Positions 18,132 through 26,271 of a DNA stretch of 64,000 nt are shown here, piece after piece (position 1 is the first letter of the stretch; each line of letters begins with the position of its first letter). Both the position numbers and the translations under genes were made by a program. Under the pieces are notes generated by a model. It was not told the DNA's origin, ran no database searches, and was given only the letters and a program-made list of their open reading frames with translations. This DNA comes from an uncultured Methanomassiliicoccales archaeon (GTDB lineage Archaea > Thermoplasmatota > Thermoplasmata > RBG-16-68-12 > JAJISG01): positions 2,383 to 66,382 of the forward strand of contig CAYFYA010000004.1 in the NCBI GenBank assembly GCA_964347325.1, given 5' to 3'.

Positions 18132-19630
18132 TCGCCCACCCTGAGGGAATCGAATGCTGTGGTTCCCTCGAGTAGCTGAGTCAGCACCGGCCGCAGCTCT
18201 TCGACGGATACGCGGACCTGATCTGTCGAGTCGCGATCCCTGACGGTCACGTCCCGATTCTCGAGACTCTCGTAGTCCACCGTCACACAGTAGGGAGTCC
18301 CAATCTCATCCATCCGAGCGTACCTCCGGCCTACGCTTCCGGAGTCGTCGTAGACCGCATCAGTCCACTCCCTGAGATCCCGATAGACCCGTCGCGCCAT
18401 GTCGGGAAGTCCGTCCTTGTTCACTAGTGGGAACACGGCGCATGCGAAGGGAGCCAGCTGCGGCGCCAGGCGAAGGACCGCCTTCTCGCCAATGTCGTAA
18501 TCGAGATCTAGGATCGCCCACACGTTCCTGTCGACTCCAAAGCTAAGCTCCAGCACGTGGGGAACGAACCTCTTTCCCTGATGGAACACCTGCATCTTCT
18601 CCTTGGAGTGTTCCTGGTGCCGTGTGAGGTCGTAGCTCGTCCTGTAGTGAACACCCCCAACCTCCCTGAAGCCCCCCAGGGACTCCATGTCGATCTGAAC
18701 GTCATAGTGGATCTCATTGTAGAAGGCCCTCTCGGCCTCCGTGAGCTCATACAGCCTGAAGGATTCGGCGGGGACCCGGAGCACATCCGTGTAGAACCGC
18801 TGGACCATGGCCAGGTGGTAAAGATAGAAGGCAGGGATATCGCCCCCCTGGAGAAGAGCCTTCACACTCTCATCCCTGATCTCCTCGCGGTCCTTCGCCC
18901 AAGTGATGCGCAACGTATCATCCTCCACCTCTCCCGTGTCGAGGTTATCCTCGAAGGTCTCGGGGTCGAAGAATATCTGGAGTTCGGCCTGGTGGAACTC
19001 ACGCATGCGATAGGTTCCCTGTCGCGGCGAGATCTCGTTCCGGTAGGCCTTCCCCACCATGGCTAGGCCCAGGGGCAGCCTCTTCCTGAGGAGCTCGAAC
19101 TCCCGCTTGAAGCTGAGATATGCACCCTGAGCGGTCTCTGGCCTCAGAAATCCCTGATCCTCTCCCTGGGGTCCCACCGCCAGGGGGAACATGATGTTGA
19201 AGGGTACGGGCTCGCCCAGTGGCCCGCCGCACCGCCGACACCCAATGTTGTTCTCAACGATGGCGGCCCTGACCTGGGCAGCATCCATCCCTTCTCCCGA
19301 GGTGCCCGTCGCAGCCTCAATCAGCTGATCGGCCCTGTGCGGCTCCTTGCACTTCGAGCAGTAGACTAGAAGGTCCGTGAAGAGGTCCACGTGGCCCGAG
19401 GCCTTGAGGGCCCGGTAGGGAAGGACGGTGGAGGTGTCGATGAGGTGGTAGTTGTCCCCCAGGCCCAGGAAGTAGCGTATCCAGAGGTCCTCCCACTTCC
19501 GCTTCAGACGGGCTCCATTGTGACCGTAATCGTAGAAGCCGGCGAAGCCGCCGTAGATCTCGGCCGACGGTATCAGGAAGCCCTTCCGCAAGGAGAGGGA
19601 CATGAGGTCGTCATACCGGCCCATTCCCAA
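18128..19630 (-). CDS. Glycine--tRNA ligase (archaeal/eukaryotic type)
   Basis: KGFLIPSAEIYGGFAGFYDYGHNGARLKRKWEDLW N-terminus, class II motifs (FRNEISPR, REFHQAE) and an anticodon-binding C-terminus. Confidence 0.88.
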   Translation of the reverse strand: MGMGRYDDLMSLSLRKGFLIPSAEIYGGFAGFYDYGHNGARLKRKWEDLWIRYFLGLGDNYHLIDTSTVLPYRALKASGHVDLFTDLLVYCSKCKEPHRADQLIEAATGTSGEGMDAAQVRAAIVENNIGCRRCGGPLGEPVPFNIMFPLAVGPQGEDQGFLRPETAQGAYLSFKREFELLRKRLPLGLAMVGKAYRNEISPRQGTYRMREFHQAELQIFFDPETFEDNLDTGEVEDDTLRITWAKDREEIRDESVKALLQGGDIPAFYLYHLAMVQRFYTDVLRVPAESFRLYELTEAERAFYNEIHYDVQIDMESLGGFREVGGVHYRTSYDLTRHQEHSKEKMQVFHQGKRFVPHVLELSFGVDRNVWAILDLDYDIGEKAVLRLAPQLAPFACAVFPLVNKDGLPDMARRVYRDLREWTDAVYDDSGSVGRRYARMDEIGTPYCVTVDYESLENRDVTVRDRDSTDQVRVSVEELRPVLTQLLEGTTAFDSLRVGD

Positions 19631-19634
19631 CCCC

Positions 19635-20483
19635 TTAGAGGAGGACCCTGATCACATCCATCTCCGTCAGGAGTCCCAGCAGCCTGTCGTGGGGATCCTT
19701 TACGGGCAGCTGTCCGAAGTCGTTCTTGTGCATGATGCGCGCGGCCTCACTCACGCTGGTCTTGGAGGAGACCGTCGTCACCTTCTTCACCATGACTTCT
19801 CGGACGGGAATCTTCGGCAGCTCCACTTTGCTGTCCTCATAGTACAACTTCATCACGTTCCGGAGCCCCTCCCAGGACCAGGGGTTCTCCTCCTCCGCGA
19901 GGCCCATGTCCCGGATGGCAGCCGTGCCGTTGATGCTGCTCATGTTGAATACGTCTCTGTCCGTGATGATTCCCGTCAACCGCCCAGAGCCGTCGAGGAC
20001 CGGAAGGGCGAAAACGTTGGCCACCCTCATAATCTCGTTGGCGGCTTCCAGCGGGGTCCCCTCGTAAACCGGAACGCAGACGGTCTTGAGGACCTGATCC
20101 ACAGGCGTCTCGAGGTTCATGGACTCCACCAGAGGGAAGATATCCGTAGGCGTGACGATGCCAACGACCTTCGAGTCCTCGCAGACGGCGACGTGGTGGA
20201 TGTCCCCCTCCAGCATGATGCGGACCACCTCTCCCACGGCGGTGTTGGGTGTCACGCTTGGGGCGTCCTTCCTCAGGAGAAGCGCCAGCTGATCCTCATC
20301 GGGTTTCGCGAAGAAGTGCTTCCTGGTCACGATTCCTGCATAGGTGCCGTCTTCCATCACCACGGGGACGCCGGTGAGCTTGTGCGTGACGAGCAGGCGC
20401 AACACATCGCTCCGGGTGCCAGGCAGGGTTCCCACTATCGGGTCGCGAGTCATTATCTCGCCGACTTTCATGTCGGTCGTCAT
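19635..20483 (-). CDS. CBS-domain protein (four tandem CBS repeats)
   Basis: Repeated h-x-x-IMT/VMx...hpVhD/E..G.hhGIVT patterns, e.g. GVPVVMEDGTYAGIVT, VAVCEDSKVVGIVT, LPVLDGSGRLTGIIT, LPVKDPHDRLLGLLT. Confidence 0.8.
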   Translation of the reverse strand: MTTDMKVGEIMTRDPIVGTLPGTRSDVLRLLVTHKLTGVPVVMEDGTYAGIVTRKHFFAKPDEDQLALLLRKDAPSVTPNTAVGEVVRIMLEGDIHHVAVCEDSKVVGIVTPTDIFPLVESMNLETPVDQVLKTVCVPVYEGTPLEAANEIMRVANVFALPVLDGSGRLTGIITDRDVFNMSSINGTAAIRDMGLAEEENPWSWEGLRNVMKLYYEDSKVELPKIPVREVMVKKVTTVSSKTSVSEAARIMHKNDFGQLPVKDPHDRLLGLLTEMDVIRVLL

Positions 20484-20484
20484 C

Positions 20485-21576
20485 CTACGCCTCCACGAGC
20501 CATCCAGTTTGTCTGACCCACACCGCAGGTCCGAGGGAAAGAAGGGCGATGTCGGCCTCGTTGGCCTTGATTACCTGGTAGGCCGCGTTCCCGGCGGCCT
20601 TGACATCCAGCACCAGGAGGTTGCTGGGACTTCCTTCCTTGATGGTGATAGGAGGGGTGCCGCTTAAAAGCTTAGCGCCGCCGTGAGCCATGGGCAGCAA
20701 CGTTTCAGGGGGAACTTTGCCCTTCAGTCGTGCGGCACGATATGCGAACTCCATCTCTCTCATCATCGACGGGTCCGTGAGCATAGCGTTGTCCGTTCCC
20801 AGATACAACTCCAACCCGGCGGATCTCATGGCCGCGATATCGGGGACCCTCCCGAAGAACATCTGGCTGCGGGGACAGATGACCACCGGAACGCCCTCCT
20901 CCGCGCACCTCACCCAGTCGTCCTCGGTGGCTGAGGTCATGTGCACGAGGAAATCGGGTTTCAGGTCAAGGACCAAGTCGAGGTCCTCCCTCCTGCCCTC
21001 ACTAGCGTGGAGGGAGAACAGCTTCCCCGCTCCCCTAGCGTGGCGACTCAGCTTCTTAAGCTCGTCGTAGGGCCAATCGGAGATGCTGCTCACCGCCAGG
21101 CCGTCCGCCGCCTCGAGAATCGCGTCGACTTCGTCCGCATCGTACTCGAGACCCACGGGCCTTCCAAGGATCATCCCCCGCAGGCGGGTGCCCTCCATCG
21201 CAGCCTCCAGCTGTCGCGAGCCCTCGGGACCTCCCTCCCGGAAGTCGCAGAAACCCGCCGTCCCAGCGTTCACCATCCTCAGGATTGTCCTCCTCATTGC
21301 CCCGACGATCTCCTCAGGCGCCGACTCACGGAGTCTCCGAAACTTAAGGCCGTCGGGCGGTCCCACGATCTCATCCAGAGTCCCCTGCGGCTCCTCCAAG
21401 ACGACGGAGTCGCCGAGGTGGGTGTGGGCGTTGAAGAAACTGGGGAGAATCAAACCCCGGGCCATGGCGTCGCGGTCCGGAGTTGAGGTGACCTTCGTCA
21501 CGAGCCCGCTCTGGAAGTGAACCGTACCCCTGGTGAACCCATCGGCAGTGTAGATGAGGCCGGATACCTTGGGCAT
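20485..21576 (-). CDS. Metal-dependent amidohydrolase (chlorohydrolase/aminohydrolase family)
   Basis: FFNAHTHLGDS (HxH), HASE, VHMTSA and GTDNAM motifs. Confidence 0.75.
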   Translation of the reverse strand: MPKVSGLIYTADGFTRGTVHFQSGLVTKVTSTPDRDAMARGLILPSFFNAHTHLGDSVVLEEPQGTLDEIVGPPDGLKFRRLRESAPEEIVGAMRRTILRMVNAGTAGFCDFREGGPEGSRQLEAAMEGTRLRGMILGRPVGLEYDADEVDAILEAADGLAVSSISDWPYDELKKLSRHARGAGKLFSLHASEGRREDLDLVLDLKPDFLVHMTSATEDDWVRCAEEGVPVVICPRSQMFFGRVPDIAAMRSAGLELYLGTDNAMLTDPSMMREMEFAYRAARLKGKVPPETLLPMAHGGAKLLSGTPPITIKEGSPSNLLVLDVKAAGNAAYQVIKANEADIALLSLGPAVWVRQTGWLVEA

Positions 21577-21606
21577 CGTCCCGACTAATGGGGTCGGCGG
21601 TTAAAG

Positions 21607-23100
21607 CTATCCCTCGGTGAGGATCATCTCCTTAGCGCGCCCGACCCTGGAGGCCCTGGTCCAACCAATCTTCCGGCGGAAGAGTACCTGGAACATCGCC
21701 CTGAAGCGGATGATGTCCCTGACCTGCCGGTACCCTATGACGAAGAGGGGGGCCAACACCACGAGCCGCAGGTCCTCGTTGTCCATGATAAGGGCCAAAA
21801 GGGAGGCCAGCGTTTCCAGGAGGATGAAGAAGCCCAGGATGGATAGGAACTGGAACAACTCGCCCGTCAGGGCCGCGATAATTCCCGATGCCAGGGCGAC
21901 GAAGCCCACCAGGGGAACGAAGACTATGGACATGAGGATGTAGGGATATCCGACCCCGCTCAGGAACCCGAATCGGCGTGGATTTCGCAGGACGTCTCCG
22001 TGCTTGAAGAGGGTCTGAAGGATGCCAGCGTACCACCGCTTCCTCTGGCGATACAGGTCGCCAAGCTTCTCGGGCGCCTCGGTGTACCCCTCGGCGAAGC
22101 TGGTGGCCTGGACCACGCTCCCCGCCTTGAGGACCTTGACCGTGGTGTCGAAGTCCTCGGTTACGGTGTCGGGATCGTAGCTGCCCACATCGACCAGGGC
22201 CGGGCGCCTGAAAGCTCCCAGCACCCCGGGGACCACCATGGTGGCCCCGAAGACGTCGAAGGCCCTCCTCACGATGTTGATGTCCCTCACGTACTCCAGG
22301 GCCTGCAATCGGGTGAGGAGGTTCACCCGGTTCAGCACCTTCACGTTGCCCGCTACGGCCATTACCTGGGGGTCGGCGAAGAGGCGGACGAGCTCCCTGA
22401 GGCTGTCTCGGGCGATTAGGCTGTCCGCATCGACGGTGACGATGATGTCGCCCTTGGTGAAGAGGAGACCCAGGTTCAGAGCCATGGCCTTCCCCCCGTT
22501 AGGCCGTCTTACGACCTTCACTCCGTGCTTCTTGAACCGGTGGGCCAACGCGTAGGTGGAGTCATCGGAGCCATCGTCAACCACCACGATCTCGTACTTC
22601 GGATAGTCGATGTCCAGCAAAGCCTCGATGGTCCTCTCGATGCACTTCTCTTCGTTGTAGGCGGGAACGATGAAGGATATCAGCGGGAAGGAGGTGATGG
22701 GCTTGGACATGCGCCTTGCCTCCATCCGCTTGTGATACAGGGCCAGGGGGAGGTTGACGAAGGTGTAGAAGAGGGTGAAGGTCAGCCCCATGAGGGAGAC
22801 GACGAAGAAGAAGCTCGCGGTGCTCAGCGGGGTGAGGATGAGGATGGTGACGGTGTAGAGCACCGGCAGGGTCAAGAAGAGGATCCAGAAGAGGACTAGG
22901 CCGTAGGCCGAGGGCGGTCTCCTCAGGGTCCTGGGCTCCCCTGCCCGGATCTCTCGCCATATGGCCAGCAGGTAGAAGGAGGCCGACAGGGCGGCGAATA
23001 TGAAGGCGAAGGGCGTGACGCCACCGTCTGGGGAGAAGAAGTAGAAGGCGACGATGGTGATGACGATGGCTGTGCCCACGGCGACGATGGCCTTTGACAT
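21607..23100 (-). CDS. Membrane-embedded processive family-2 glycosyltransferase (cellulose/chitin/PNAG-synthase-like)
   Basis: VPAYNEE, VVVDDGSDDST, TVDADS and the processivity motif QRKRW. TM segments lie on both sides of the catalytic domain. Confidence 0.8.
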   Translation of the reverse strand: MSKAIVAVGTAIVITIVAFYFFSPDGGVTPFAFIFAALSASFYLLAIWREIRAGEPRTLRRPPSAYGLVLFWILFLTLPVLYTVTILILTPLSTASFFFVVSLMGLTFTLFYTFVNLPLALYHKRMEARRMSKPITSFPLISFIVPAYNEEKCIERTIEALLDIDYPKYEIVVVDDGSDDSTYALAHRFKKHGVKVVRRPNGGKAMALNLGLLFTKGDIIVTVDADSLIARDSLRELVRLFADPQVMAVAGNVKVLNRVNLLTRLQALEYVRDINIVRRAFDVFGATMVVPGVLGAFRRPALVDVGSYDPDTVTEDFDTTVKVLKAGSVVQATSFAEGYTEAPEKLGDLYRQRKRWYAGILQTLFKHGDVLRNPRRFGFLSGVGYPYILMSIVFVPLVGFVALASGIIAALTGELFQFLSILGFFILLETLASLLALIMDNEDLRLVVLAPLFVIGYRQVRDIIRFRAMFQVLFRRKIGWTRASRVGRAKEMILTEG

Positions 23101-23104
23101 CGAA

Positions 23105-24082
23105 CTACCTCGATCTCGCCGTGCTGGTCAAAAAGAGCTCCTCCCGGAGGAAGTCGGGGAGCTTCTCGTGGACCTCTGCGAGTTCGGATTCCAGGACCTT
23201 GATGCCGTGGTAGTGAGCGTAGCCCCTGGCCGACTCCTCCATCACGGGGATGGCCAGGAATAGGAGGTTGCTGATGCCTAGGTCCTCCGCCTTGGCGAAG
23301 AAGTTGATGAGAGGCTTTGAGGAGACGGCAGTGGAGGAGATGAAGACCTCCAGGAGGACCTCCGTCTTGATGCCGGAGACCTCCTTGTAGGCGTAGAGGT
23401 CAACTCTGTGAGTGACTCCCGAGAGCCCCTCCAGATCGTGGAAGACCCTGGTGTTGTAGCCGGCGTTTCCCAGGACCTCGAAGGCGTACATGAGGACCGA
23501 GTAGACGACCGTCGGCCTGTCCTCCTCCCTCACGCGGTAGCTGTACACGGCGAGACTCTTGACCTCGTCCGGAGGGTAGTAGTCCCGGCACTGAGGACAG
23601 TGTAGCTTGAAGTCAGGGATGTAGGTGACCTCCTGGCACTCCTGGCATCTGTAGAAGTCCGCAGGCCTGCGGAAGTCCTTCCCGAGTAGCTTCAGCCTCC
23701 GCCCGCATTTGGGGCACTCCAACCCCTCGGCGGCCTTGAAGTCGGCCTCCGGAGCGATGTGCCCACATCTGAAGTGCTCGATGAGGACTTCCCTATGCAC
23801 GTCTTCTGAACTGCAGGAGGGACAGACGGTTGTGGATCTTAGGTGGGCGTTCCCGTCCTTGGGGCATAGGAGAAGCTTGTACCTGACGGCCCTCTCTAGC
23901 TCTCCGCGGGCGACGAGGGCTTCCAGGGCACCTGTCGAGGAGGGGTTGAAGCCCTCATCCTCGAGGAAGGGGTAGTAAAAGCCCTGGGGCTTGCGGAGGT
24001 CGATGACTGGGGCGACCTCTGGCCCGCCGGCTCTGAGGATAGCCTCCAGTAGTTCGTCAGCCCTCTGGGTGTCCTCCTTCAA
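23105..24082 (-). CDS. Multi-CxxC metal-binding protein (hypothetical), co-operonic with the GT2 synthase
   Basis: Four Cys pairs (CPSCSS, CPKCGRRL, CQECQE, CPQCRDY) are followed by a roughly 130-aa alpha/beta C-terminal domain. The stop lies 4 nt before the GT2 start. Confidence 0.6.
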   Translation of the reverse strand: MKEDTQRADELLEAILRAGGPEVAPVIDLRKPQGFYYPFLEDEGFNPSSTGALEALVARGELERAVRYKLLLCPKDGNAHLRSTTVCPSCSSEDVHREVLIEHFRCGHIAPEADFKAAEGLECPKCGRRLKLLGKDFRRPADFYRCQECQEVTYIPDFKLHCPQCRDYYPPDEVKSLAVYSYRVREEDRPTVVYSVLMYAFEVLGNAGYNTRVFHDLEGLSGVTHRVDLYAYKEVSGIKTEVLLEVFISSTAVSSKPLINFFAKAEDLGISNLLFLAIPVMEESARGYAHYHGIKVLESELAEVHEKLPDFLREELFLTSTARSR

Positions 24083-24166
24083 AGTCTCCTCCGTGTCGGC
24101 TCGTCAAATTGACGGTTGGAGAAGATAAGCTTTTCCCCCAACCTATCAGTAATCCTGGGGCCTGGG

Positions 24167-24176
24167 CTTTTTATGA
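24167..24176 (+). promoter_or_regulatory. TATA-like box (CTTTTTATGA) about 27 nt upstream of tRNA-Thr
   Basis: AT-rich element at the canonical spacing. Confidence 0.45.
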
Positions 24177-24198
24177 TGGGGTCGTTTACCGAGTGCTG

Positions 24199-24284
24199 GC
24201 CACTGTAGCTCAGCCGGTCAGAGCGACGGTCTCGTAACCTCGCGGGACAACCGTAGGTCGAGGGTTCGAATCCCTCCAGTGGCT
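24199..24284 (+). tRNA. tRNA-Thr (anticodon CGT) with a 12-nt intron at the canonical 37/38 position
   Basis: GCCACTG acceptor pairs with CAGTGGC. The D arm is GCTC..GAGC. The anticodon arm is ACGGT-CTCGTA[ACCTCGCGGGAC]A-ACCGT. The T arm is GAGGG-TTCGAAT-CCCTC. Confidence 0.8.
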
Positions 24285-24442
24285 CTTGGCCCACCCTGGC
24301 TTGCACGTAGGCTGCAATTGGCGGGGCTGTCGCGTTAATATACCGAAGACGTCAAGTCGTGACTTCGCCTTGCAGGTCGGGGGCGCCGAGGAAGCGTCCA
24401 AGATCCCACAGGCCTGCTCAGCAGGGGGAGGTGAGTTGAACC

Positions 24443-24634
24443 GTGAATGTAGGAAGGGTAGCTGCGGGCATCCCGATTATTGCGCTGGGAGCGATGATCT
24501 TCATCGAGGGAATCCTGGTGTACATCATGGATTCAGGATTTTGGCTCGGTGACACAAATCCAAACCTCTCGATCGCGCTTGGGATCATCGCGCTGATTGC
24601 CGGCAGCACTATCGTGGATTTAGGCAGCGATTAG
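24443..24634 (+). CDS. Small two-TM membrane protein (hypothetical)
   Basis: GTG start preceded by GGGGAGGTGAG. The 63 aa contain two hydrophobic helices. Confidence 0.45.
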   Translation: MNVGRVAAGIPIIALGAMIFIEGILVYIMDSGFWLGDTNPNLSIALGIIALIAGSTIVDLGSD

Positions 24635-24812
24635 AAGAGGCGTCCCAACGCAATACGAGGCGCGTCCGCACGAGATTCGTCTTCGCTCCTTCGTCTCGCC
24701 CGGCAACTCTTTGGCCCCCTCCTCCACCCGGAGGACCGAGGGGCATCCGTTGCGCCCCTCTCTGTTCCTCTTAAGAGGCAGGGCATGGGTCGCCCTCGCC
24801 CCGCGTCCCTAC

Positions 24813-26051
24813 CTACTTACTGTCCTGGGATGATGCATCCTTGAACTTCGCCTTCGACCTGCGCAGTGCGTCGAGCACCGGGAGAGAGCGCCCTGCCAAG
24901 AAGTGCATGAGGGATCCGCCGCCGGTGCTGATGTGGTCCATTTGCTGAGAGATCCCCAACTGCTCGACTGCGGTCACCGTGTGGCCTCCACCGATGACCT
25001 TGAACGCCTTGGACCTGGCAAGGCCTAGGAAGAGTTCCCGTGTACCCACGGAGAACTCCTCCAGTTCGAAGACACCCGCAGGGCCGTTAAGGATGATGAC
25101 CCCAGCTGTGGATATCTCGTCCAGATAACGGACGATGGTGTCTAGACCGATATCGTGGATGGGGGAGTCGGCCGGCAGATCCTCGACCGAGATGGCCTTC
25201 CTCTTGCCTTTGACGTTCATCACTACATCCACGGGCGTGAGTATACGCTCAGGGAATCTCTTGGATAGCTCCCTAGCTTCTTCGAAGACTGCGTCGAAGG
25301 CGGGGACCTCCTTCCTGAGAAACTCCTCGTTGACCTTACCCAGGTTGTGTCCGCTAGCCCAGAGGAAGAGATTTGCCGCCGCCCCCGTGGTAAGGATCTT
25401 GTCCACCATTTCCTCAGCCAAGACGTGACGGGCAATCGCAACCGGGTCCTCTACCTTCACTCCGCCCAAGATAGCGATTCGGGGTCTGGCGCCCTCCTCA
25501 AGCGCGGAACGCAGGGTCTCAACCTCCTTCTCGAGCACTCTGCCCGCCAGGGAAGGGAGGGCTTCACAGAATCCCACGAGGCTTGGCTGGGCCCGGTGAG
25601 CTGCGGCGAAGGCGTCGTTGATGAAGAGGTCAGAGAGCGGAGCTAGGGTGCTTATGAGGCGGGACGAGACCATCTCCGAGGGGTCAAGGTTCCTCAGCAG
25701 AACCTCCTCGGAGTAGAAGCGCACATTCTCCAGGAGAACGTACTCCCCGGGTCTCATCTCCCCGATGGCCCTAACGGCGGATTTGCCGAAGAGGCTGTCG
25801 ACGTAGCGGACCTCCCGTCCGAGGTGGTAGGAGAGGCTTTCGGCATGGGCCTCCATTGTGACGAAGTCATCCTTCCCTGGGCGCCCCTGATGGGCCAGGA
25901 TGGCAACCTTCGAGTCCCTCAGCTCGCGCAGGGTCGCCATGTGTTGTCGGATGCGGTTGTCGTTCAGAATCCTGCCAGTGCTGGGATCGATGGGGGAGTT
26001 GATATCAACCCGAACGAGAACGACCTTCCCTCCTAGGTCGAATTCGTCCAT
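24813..26051 (-). CDS. pgk: Phosphoglycerate kinase
   Basis: MDEFDLGGKVVLVRVDINSPID start, then AHQGRPG, FINDAFAAAHR and GGGHT. The track ORF start at 26183 adds a non-conserved-looking 44-aa extension. Confidence 0.88.
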   Translation of the reverse strand: MDEFDLGGKVVLVRVDINSPIDPSTGRILNDNRIRQHMATLRELRDSKVAILAHQGRPGKDDFVTMEAHAESLSYHLGREVRYVDSLFGKSAVRAIGEMRPGEYVLLENVRFYSEEVLLRNLDPSEMVSSRLISTLAPLSDLFINDAFAAAHRAQPSLVGFCEALPSLAGRVLEKEVETLRSALEEGARPRIAILGGVKVEDPVAIARHVLAEEMVDKILTTGAAANLFLWASGHNLGKVNEEFLRKEVPAFDAVFEEARELSKRFPERILTPVDVVMNVKGKRKAISVEDLPADSPIHDIGLDTIVRYLDEISTAGVIILNGPAGVFELEEFSVGTRELFLGLARSKAFKVIGGGHTVTAVEQLGISQQMDHISTGGGSLMHFLAGRSLPVLDALRRSKAKFKDASSQDSK

Positions 26052-26242
26052 GGTGTAGAAATCCCTCTCCACTCCCCGTCTGCTCGGACTCAACGAAAAC
26101 GGATATTGTTGAAGGCTTATATCTTGTTCCTGAGAGTTGGTAACATGACCTTCTCGATTCGGGAGGCCCTGGACCGCATCCACCTGCCTCGGGCCTCGGC
26201 TCAGGCGACAGACATTATCAGCCCTGGAACTCGCATTGGAAC

Positions 26243-26251
26243 TTTTTTAAG
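26243..26251 (+). promoter_or_regulatory. TATA-like box (TTTTTTAAG) upstream of the DnaA-like gene
   Basis: It lies about 25 nt before the TTG at 26272 and about 37 nt before the GTG at 26284. This suggests a leaderless or short-leader transcript. Confidence 0.4.
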
Positions 26252-26271
26252 AACGCCCCGGAGTTCTTTCG

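Noticed and set aside
24813-26183. Upstream-extended starts given in the ORF track for several genes: pgk 26183, thiolase 4266, MBL hydrolase 10690, regulator 12716, platform half 40994, membrane protein 49982, TFS 51176 and coiled-coil 57685
   Set aside because: The extensions overlap neighbouring genes or encode non-conserved low-complexity peptides. Internal ATG or GTG starts coincide with canonical family N-termini, ribosome-binding-like purine runs or stop-start overlaps.
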